Shown here one piece after another: positions 57,925-64,000 of a stretch of 64,000 nucleotides of DNA. The DNA is from Candidatus Methanomethylophilaceae archaeon (GTDB lineage: Archaea; Thermoplasmatota; Thermoplasmata; Methanomassiliicoccales; Methanomethylophilaceae). Position 1 is the first letter of the stretch. Every line of letters starts with the position of its first letter. Under the pieces are notes generated by a model. It saw only the letters and a list, made by a program, of their open reading frames with translations. It had not been told where the DNA came from and searched no databases. Made by a program: the position numbers and the translations under genes. Location of the stretch: NCBI GenBank assembly GCA_944320495.1, contig CALUHR010000013.1, forward strand, positions 487,931-551,930. Reading direction: 5' to 3'.

Positions 57925-58482
57925 TCAGATGAGCCCCTCATCCTTCAATGCCCCGATAAGGAGCCTGACGGCGTTCCCCCTGTGGGACACGGCGTTCTTC
58001 TCGTCCATGGGGATCTCCGCGAATGTGCGCTCGCCGTCGGGCGAGAATATGGGATCGAACCCGAATCCGTCCGTTCCGCGCTCGGAATCCGTTATGACGC
58101 CGCGGCACACCCCGGTCACGACGATGCGCTTCCCAGCGATGTCGCACCCGATGCAGCATCTGAACTCCGCTTCGCGGTCCTCCACGCCCTCCATGAGCTT
58201 CAGGATCCCGGGGTTGCCTATGGTCTTCTGGGCGTAGGCGGACCATACGCCGGGGAAGCCCTTCAGGGAGTCCACGAAGAGTCCCGAGTCGTCCACGATG
58301 AAGTCGCGGATGCCCTCGGACACGATGGCGTCCATGCCCTTGTTCACGACCTCCTCCAGATCGGACGTCTGCACCTCGTCGTAGGGATGGCGGAGATGCT
58401 CCATCTCGATGCCGAACTGCGACAGCTCCCTCTCGTACTCCCTGACCTTCCCCGGATTCGACGTTATGACCTTGAGCCTCAT
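57925..58482 (-). CDS. rdgB: Non-canonical purine NTP pyrophosphatase (RdgB/HAM1)
   Basis: TSNPGKVRE, VDDSGL, FPGVWS, GFGFDPIF, EKNAVSHRG. Confidence 0.93.
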   Translation of the reverse strand: MRLKVITSNPGKVREYERELSQFGIEMEHLRHPYDEVQTSDLEEVVNKGMDAIVSEGIRDFIVDDSGLFVDSLKGFPGVWSAYAQKTIGNPGILKLMEGVEDREAEFRCCIGCDIAGKRIVVTGVCRGVITDSERGTDGFGFDPIFSPDGERTFAEIPMDEKNAVSHRGNAVRLLIGALKDEGLI

Positions 58483-59111
58483 GTGTATCTCCCTCTGTTC
58501 CTGATGTCCTCGACCCTCTTCCTAACGGCGTCCGGATTGGACGTGTTGGTGTAGTACTCGTCCATGAGCTCCGAGAACGCGTCCTCCAGGCCGACGTGGG
58601 CCGATGAGAACGCCCTCTCGAGTAGCCTGAGGTCGACGCCGATGTCCTCCAGCTCCGAGCGGGTCTTGCCCATGGACATGTCCAGCAGGCAGATCCCCCC
58701 GTCGGGGAGGAGGATCATGTTGGATGTCGTGAGGTCGCCGTGGGTGATCCCGGCGGCGTGGAGCCTGGCGACGGTGCGGCCGATCTCCCTGCATACCTTT
58801 CCAGCATCCTCGGGGTGCGAATCCAGGTGGGCCTTGACGGTGGTCCCCGGCATGCGCTCCATGACGATAGCGCCCCCCTTCAGATCCAGGTCGTAGATGC
58901 ACGGGGTGCGGACGCCGGCGAGACGGGCCTCGTGCATGATGCGCGCTTCGCTCCTGGTCCTGGTCGAGCGGATGTGCGCATCCAGCTCCGGGAGCCTGTA
59001 TCCCTTCGGCGGTCTGATCTTGACCATCGCGGCCCTTCCGAGGAACTCCGTCTCCTCGACCTCCGCCTCGGCCCCGGCGATTCCGGCACATCCTTCCATG
59101 ACGACCCTCAT
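58479..59111 (-). CDS. bud32: KEOPS complex kinase Bud32
   Basis: GAEA, KIRPPKGYRLPELD..IR..RT..EAR, HGDLTTSN, DLRLL..AFSSAH, RGRYT. TTG 59129 is an alternative start. Confidence 0.9.
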   Translation of the reverse strand: MRVVMEGCAGIAGAEAEVEETEFLGRAAMVKIRPPKGYRLPELDAHIRSTRTRSEARIMHEARLAGVRTPCIYDLDLKGGAIVMERMPGTTVKAHLDSHPEDAGKVCREIGRTVARLHAAGITHGDLTTSNMILLPDGGICLLDMSMGKTRSELEDIGVDLRLLERAFSSAHVGLEDAFSELMDEYYTNTSNPDAVRKRVEDIRNRGRYT

Positions 59112-59173
59112 CGGGGCCGCCGTATTCAATCCTGATGGGCCGTCTTTTATTGCCAGAGCGCGATAAGGGCACG

Positions 59174-59851
59174 ATGAGATACGATATCACTGGAGACAAT
59201 CTCCAGATGCTCAACGTAGAGATCTCCCCGGGAGAGACGCTTTACTCCGTCGCCGGGGCGATGGCCTACATGACCGGAAACGTGACAATGGAGGCCAAAG
59301 CGACCGGAGGCGCCTGGGCCAGCATCAAGCGCTCGCTCACCGGCGCGTCCCTGTTCCTCGTTCAGTACAGGTCCGAGGGGACGGGGGTCATAGGTCTGGC
59401 CAACAGCGCGCCCGGGAAGGTCATGGACATCGATGTCTCCAAGGGGGCGTGGATGCTCCAGAAGACTGGATACCTCGCGTCCGAGGAGGGCGTGAACCTC
59501 GACCTGGCGTTCCAGAAGAAGCTCGGATCGATGCTCTTCGGCGGCGAGGGCCTGATCCTCCAGAGGGTCTCCGGGAACGGGATCGTCTTCATCTGCGGAT
59601 GCGGGGACTTCGTCGTCAAGGACCTGGCGCCCGGAGAGATACTGAAGGTCTCCACGGCCAACGCCGTCGCATGGGAGGAGACGGTAACCTACGACATCGC
59701 CTCCGTCGGAGGCATCAAGAACATGCTGTTCTCCGGCGAGGGCCTGTTCGTCACGACCCTCAGGGGGCCGGGCAGGGTCGTTCTCCAGTCCATGACGCTC
59801 GGTGACCTGGCCATGTCGCTGTACCCGTACATGCCGCAGAGCTCCAGCTGA
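59174..59851 (+). CDS. AIM24/TIGR00266 family protein
   Basis: YDITGDNLQML, GGEGLILQRVSG, FSGEGLFVTTLRGPGRVVLQS. Confidence 0.88.
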   Translation: MRYDITGDNLQMLNVEISPGETLYSVAGAMAYMTGNVTMEAKATGGAWASIKRSLTGASLFLVQYRSEGTGVIGLANSAPGKVMDIDVSKGAWMLQKTGYLASEEGVNLDLAFQKKLGSMLFGGEGLILQRVSGNGIVFICGCGDFVVKDLAPGEILKVSTANAVAWEETVTYDIASVGGIKNMLFSGEGLFVTTLRGPGRVVLQSMTLGDLAMSLYPYMPQSSS

Positions 59852-59857
59852 GATGAT

Positions 59858-60199
59858 ATGATGCAGGACAGAGGCATGCAGGAGAGGCGTATCGGGACCG
59901 GGAAGTCGGCACTGGCGCTGATAGCCATCGCGGTTCTCGTGGTGGCCCTCGTGGCGGTGGTCGCCTGGGCGCTGACGCAGCCCGGCGTCCTCGAGAGCGT
60001 CGCGACGATCGTGGCCATCGTCATAGTGGCCGTCGTGATAATCGCGGTCATCGCCTACATCGTATTCGCGGTGCTCGCGGTGGCATTCTACGCGGCCAAG
60101 GGAGATGTCGTGCAGACGGGCGTCGATCACAGCCTGGACGACATCAGCGCCGTCGAGGGGAACACCCTGGACGAAGGTCGCGGAGACATCCGCAACTGA
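59858..60199 (+). CDS. Small two-TM membrane protein
   Basis: Two long hydrophobic stretches followed by an acidic tail. Confidence 0.6.
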   Translation: MMQDRGMQERRIGTGKSALALIAIAVLVVALVAVVAWALTQPGVLESVATIVAIVIVAVVIIAVIAYIVFAVLAVAFYAAKGDVVQTGVDHSLDDISAVEGNTLDEGRGDIRN

Positions 60200-60268
60200 T
60201 CCAAACGGGGTCGGATCCGACCCCTCCTTTCACCACCTTATTTTAAGACGTTCGGCCTTCAGCGTGGT

Positions 60269-60928
60269 GTGGCACGCATCCCACTGAACTCTCCAAAGTT
60301 CGACCGCCTCCTGGGAGGCGGGATCGAGTCGGGCTGCGTCACGCTGCTCTACGGGGAGGCTGGCGCGGGAAAGACGAACGTCTGCCTGCAGGTCGCCCGC
60401 GAGGTCGCCCAGAAGGGGGAGAAGGTCGCCTACATCGACAACGAGGGACTCTCGTTGGAGAGGCTGTCCCAGGTCTTCGAGGGCGACGCGGACGCCGTCA
60501 GGAACCTCCTGATATTCCAGGTGCACAGCCTGGAGGAGCAGACGGACCGCATCGAGAAGATCGGGAAGCTGGCCGAGAACAAGGCCATATCCCTGGTGGT
60601 CATCGATTCCCTGACGATGTTCTACCGCCTTAGGCACGACGAGCCGAAGGCCCGCAACGAGTTCGTGAGACAGACGGAGCTGCTCCTGGAGATCGCCAGG
60701 AAGTACGATATGACGATCCTCGTGACCTCGCAGGTCTACTCCAACCTCACGAGCGGCAGGGTGGAGTTCCTCGGCGGTCATGCGCTGAACCACAACGCGA
60801 AGACCATCCTGAGGCTGGAGAAGCTGGACAACGGCAGAAGGAAGGCCGTCATAGTGAAGCACAGGAGCCTCCCCGAGGGGAGGAGCGTCTACTACCGGAT
60901 CGTCGAGACCGGGATAGAGGACGCGTGA
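60269..60928 (+). CDS. radB: DNA repair and recombination protein RadB
   Basis: LLGGGIE, YGEAGAGKT, YIDNEG, VIDSL, TSQVY, LRLEK, VKHRSLPEG. Confidence 0.9.
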   Translation: MARIPLNSPKFDRLLGGGIESGCVTLLYGEAGAGKTNVCLQVAREVAQKGEKVAYIDNEGLSLERLSQVFEGDADAVRNLLIFQVHSLEEQTDRIEKIGKLAENKAISLVVIDSLTMFYRLRHDEPKARNEFVRQTELLLEIARKYDMTILVTSQVYSNLTSGRVEFLGGHALNHNAKTILRLEKLDNGRRKAVIVKHRSLPEGRSVYYRIVETGIEDA

Positions 60929-60961
60929 GAGAGGTTTCTAAGGGGTTTAAGGGGGAGGTCC

Positions 60962-61951
60962 TCAGACCTCCCTGTCGATGGCGTACTTGGCCAGCGCGAT
61001 CATGAACTCCTTGTCCTCGCTCTCGGGCAGGAAGGAGATGGCGTCGATGGCCGCGTTGACCTTCTCGTTGGCCATGTCCATCGCGTAGTCGATGGAGCCG
61101 GCGTTGATCATGATCTGCTTGGCGCGGGCGCATTCCTCCTCGGTCGCGTCCATCTTGCCGAGGATGGATTTGAACTCCTCCAGCTTGGCGGGGTCCCTCT
61201 CGAGGGCCTGGATGGTGTGGGTGACCATGACGGTGCACTTGCCTTTCCTGATGTCGTTGCAGTTGGACTTGCCGGTCTTGGCGGGGTCGCCCATGATGCC
61301 GAGGTAGTCGTCGAAGATCTGGAATCCGAGACCGGTCTCGATGGCGTAGTCGTGGATCGCCTCGGCGGTCCTGTCGTCCGCGCCTCCGACGATGGCCCCT
61401 CCGGCCGCGGCGGCGGCGAAGAGGACGCTGGTCTTCAGCTTGATCGTCTCCAGGTAGACCTCCTCGGAGACGATCCTGCCCTCGTTGTTCACGTCCATCT
61501 GCTGTCCGCGGGCGAGGTCCCAGACGGCCTTGCTGACGTAACGGAGGGCCTTCCTCATGCTGTCGGCCGGGACGTCCAGGTCGCAGATGATCTGGTACGC
61601 CTTGGCGAACAGGGCGTCCCCCGCCAGGACGGCGGTGGGCATGCCGTAGGTGACGTGGATGGTGGGCATCCCCCTGCGTGCCTCGTCCCCGTCCATGAGG
61701 TCGTCGTGGACCAGGGTGAAGTTGTGGATGTACTCCACGGCCACGGCGAGCGGGACGGCTTTGCTCTTGTCTCCTCCGACGGCGCCGCAGCAGGCGACGG
61801 CCATCGCGGGCCTCATCCTCTTGCCACCGCGGTAGGGGTACTGCCTGGAGGCCTCCATGAGGTTCTCCGGCTCCTCGTTCCCGATGTAGCTCTTTATCGG
61901 TCCGTCGAGCTCGGCGGACATCTTCTTGAGATACTCCTTGGCGTCAATCAT
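60962..61951 (-). CDS. idsA: Geranylgeranyl diphosphate synthase
   Basis: GGKRMRP, HNFTLVHDDLMDGDEARRG, LAGDAL, GQQMD, LKTSVLF, FQIFDDYL, DIRKGK. Confidence 0.92.
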   Translation of the reverse strand: MIDAKEYLKKMSAELDGPIKSYIGNEEPENLMEASRQYPYRGGKRMRPAMAVACCGAVGGDKSKAVPLAVAVEYIHNFTLVHDDLMDGDEARRGMPTIHVTYGMPTAVLAGDALFAKAYQIICDLDVPADSMRKALRYVSKAVWDLARGQQMDVNNEGRIVSEEVYLETIKLKTSVLFAAAAAGGAIVGGADDRTAEAIHDYAIETGLGFQIFDDYLGIMGDPAKTGKSNCNDIRKGKCTVMVTHTIQALERDPAKLEEFKSILGKMDATEEECARAKQIMINAGSIDYAMDMANEKVNAAIDAISFLPESEDKEFMIALAKYAIDREV

Positions 61952-63006
61952 AGCGCATCAATCCATTGTCTGGTCTCGCCCAGCACGACGTGCCTGGCCT
62001 TGGACAGGGCCTTCAGGTCCCTGCACCCGGTCAGGAGCATGGCCGCCCTGAGCTCCTCCCTTATGATAGTGAGTTTCTGCTTCACGGCCTCCGCGGATTC
62101 GGTGGCCTCCTTCAGGACCGCGTGGGCGACTCCCCCGCAGGTCGCGCCCAGGGAGATGGCGGCGGCCACGTGGGTGCCGTCCAGCACGCCTCCCGAGGCT
62201 ATGATCGGGAGTCCGCATCCGACCGTCTCCACGACGGAGACGGGGGTCGGTATCCCCCAGTCGAAGAACGTCTCCCCCATGTTGGTGCGGATGTCGTCCC
62301 CGACCTTCATGGCCCTGTAGAGCTCGACGGCGGAGAAGCTCGTGCCTCCCATGCCCGCTACGTCGATGCCGAGGATGCCGATGCCCTTGAGTCTGTCCGC
62401 GACGTCCCTGGAGATGCCCGCGCCGGTCTCCTTGACCATGACGGGGTACTCGCGGGCCAGGGACCTTATCGCGTCCCTCACGCCGGCCCCGTTGGTGTCC
62501 CCCTCGGGCTGGACGACCTCCTGGAGGAAGTTGAGGTGGATGGCCATGACGTCGGCGTCGATCAGGTCCTTGGCCTGGCCGAACATGGCGCTGTCGAAGA
62601 GGTCCTTGCTCCCCTGCGGGACGAGCTGCGGAGCTCCGACGTTGCCGATCACGAGCGGGACGTCGTAGTCCTTGATGACCGAGTAGCTCTCGGGGCAGAC
62701 GCCCGTGGCTCCCGCCCTCTCGCTCCCGACGCCCATGCCGATGCCGAGCTCCGCGCAGGCCTCGGCGATGTTAGCGTTGATCTTCGTGGCACCCGGGAAC
62801 CCTCCGGTGATGGCGGTGACGATGAGCGGGAACTCCAATCTCTTCCCGAAGAGCCAGCAGGTGGTGTCGATGTCGTCCATGCCGATCTCCGGCAGCGCGT
62901 TGTGAACCAGCCTGACGTCGTCCCAGTAGCAGTGCCCTGGGGCGATCCTCTCGTTGACGCAGATGTCGATGTGCTCTGCCTTCCTGTTCCTGATCTGCTG
63001 CGACAT
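61948..63006 (-). CDS. fni: Type 2 isopentenyl-diphosphate isomerase
   Basis: RKAEHI, HNALPE, AITGG, HLNFLQEVVQPEGD, VKETGAG, GMGGTSF, WGIPT. Confidence 0.93.
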   Translation of the reverse strand: MSQQIRNRKAEHIDICVNERIAPGHCYWDDVRLVHNALPEIGMDDIDTTCWLFGKRLEFPLIVTAITGGFPGATKINANIAEACAELGIGMGVGSERAGATGVCPESYSVIKDYDVPLVIGNVGAPQLVPQGSKDLFDSAMFGQAKDLIDADVMAIHLNFLQEVVQPEGDTNGAGVRDAIRSLAREYPVMVKETGAGISRDVADRLKGIGILGIDVAGMGGTSFSAVELYRAMKVGDDIRTNMGETFFDWGIPTPVSVVETVGCGLPIIASGGVLDGTHVAAAISLGATCGGVAHAVLKEATESAEAVKQKLTIIREELRAAMLLTGCRDLKALSKARHVVLGETRQWIDAL

Positions 63007-63010
63007 CGGA

Positions 63011-63781
63011 TCACATCCTGGCGACCGTGCAGGTCACCTCTTCGCCCTTCAGGAGGGACAGCAGCCTCCCGGGCACGGTGCCGTTGACCAGGACGCAGTC
63101 CCTGTCCGGGGAGCACATCCTGAGCATGGCCTCCATCTTGTTGCGCACCCCTCCGGTGACGTCGTCCACGTCCTCGTCGGAGCTCACGCCGTCGAGGATC
63201 TCCTGCGTGACCTCGGGGATCATCCGGGCCTCGGGGTTCTCCTTGGGGTTGCTGTCGTAGAGCCCGTCGATGTCCGAGACGAACACGATGCGCTCGGGAT
63301 TGAAGATGCGGGCCATGACCTCCATGAGCTCGTCGCCGGAGACGATGGCGAATCCCTTCTGGCGGTCCATGACCACGTCGCCGTGGGTCACCGGCATTAT
63401 GCCGACGTGGCTCATGCGGCGGATGACCTCGTCGTCGTTCACCACCAGCCTCCCCTCGTCCATGACGAAGCAGGAACCGGGGGAGAGGGATGCCGCGGGG
63501 ATGCCCACGGCCATGAGTTCGGATGTGATGAGAAGGCCGAGCTCCATGGCGTCGTGGTGGACCATGGCCGCCGGGGACACCTGGGCGAAGTCCACGAGCC
63601 CGTTCTGTATGGCGTATCTCTTCGCGAGGACGTGCCCGTACGAACCGGCGCCGTGGACGATCATCACGGAGCGACCGGACTCCGCTATCTCGCGGCAAAG
63701 TCTCGCAGTCTGCTCCTTGTTGAACTTCTTGTACTGCGACTTGTCGGTTATGACGCTCCCGCCAAGCTTGATCAGTATCAT
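63011..63781 (-). CDS. ipk: Isopentenyl phosphate kinase
   Basis: [45 protein letters not shown]. Confidence 0.92.
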   Translation of the reverse strand: MILIKLGGSVITDKSQYKKFNKEQTARLCREIAESGRSVMIVHGAGSYGHVLAKRYAIQNGLVDFAQVSPAAMVHHDAMELGLLITSELMAVGIPAASLSPGSCFVMDEGRLVVNDDEVIRRMSHVGIMPVTHGDVVMDRQKGFAIVSGDELMEVMARIFNPERIVFVSDIDGLYDSNPKENPEARMIPEVTQEILDGVSSDEDVDDVTGGVRNKMEAMLRMCSPDRDCVLVNGTVPGRLLSLLKGEEVTCTVARM

Positions 63782-63891
63782 CGCGCCACGCAAGTGCTTG
63801 TTGTATTATATGGTTGGCGAGAGGATTTCTCGCATAGCCAGCCGTCGGAATCCGGACGGAGCTGACGCTGAAGGGATGAATGTGAAGAAGT

Positions 63892-64000
63892 GGCAGACAG
63901 CGTGTCTGAGTTCCCGTAGGCTTGCGCACTACAGTACAGGCAGATACGCGGGCGGACTTTACTTCCGGGTTCGGAATGGGACCGGGTGTTACCCCGCCGC
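63892..64000 (-). rRNA. rrf: 5S rRNA (5' end truncated by the window edge)
   Basis: Reverse complement reads GCGGCGGGGTAACACCCGGTCCCATTCCGAACCCGGAAGTAAAGTCCGCCCGCG...GTACTGTAGTGCGCAAGCCTACGGGAAC, typical of archaeal 5S. Confidence 0.93.

Noticed and set aside
63892-64000. 5S rRNA with no 23S gene immediately upstream-linked in view
   Set aside because: Unlinked rRNA genes are established for Thermoplasmatota, and the 5' side lies outside the window, so this is not novel.
1-64000. General C-to-T sequencing or methylation artefact as the cause of CGA ends
   Set aside because: Not fully excluded without reads, but disfavoured: the change is confined to stop positions on both strands, the surveyed reading frames show no internal disruptions, and CAA/CAG show no similar pattern.

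Overview
GC-rich archaeal chromosome segment, most consistent with a host-associated Methanomassiliicoccales methanogen (Methanomethylophilaceae-like). Support: methanogenesis marker 8, an echABCDEF hydrogenase operon, archaeal GAPDH/PGK, class I CCA-adding enzyme, RadB, Bud32, IPK-Fni-GGPP synthase and a 5S rRNA not adjacent to 23S. The window holds about 65 CDS, three tRNAs (Leu-TAA, Glu-TTC, Pro-TGG), a bacterial-type thiSFGHE operon, hcp with a divergent Crp/Fnr regulator, and a small decayed islet at the tRNA-Pro 3' end. Main observation: the codon CGA behaves like a stop codon. Reading the Arg codons of most intact CDS by eye, I found no internal in-frame CGA. In 17 genes an in-frame CGA sits at or very near the expected C-terminus, including five CGATG stop/start overlaps (mirroring TGATG), two convergent junctions CGA-TCA and CGA-TCG (mirroring TGA-TCA), and the ends of GAPDH and CCA enzyme, which otherwise run deep into neighbouring genes. 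Where CGA is the likely terminus, feature coordinates end at the CGA and the canonical stop is given in the evidence. All family assignments come from motif recognition, not database searches, and the codon survey was manual.
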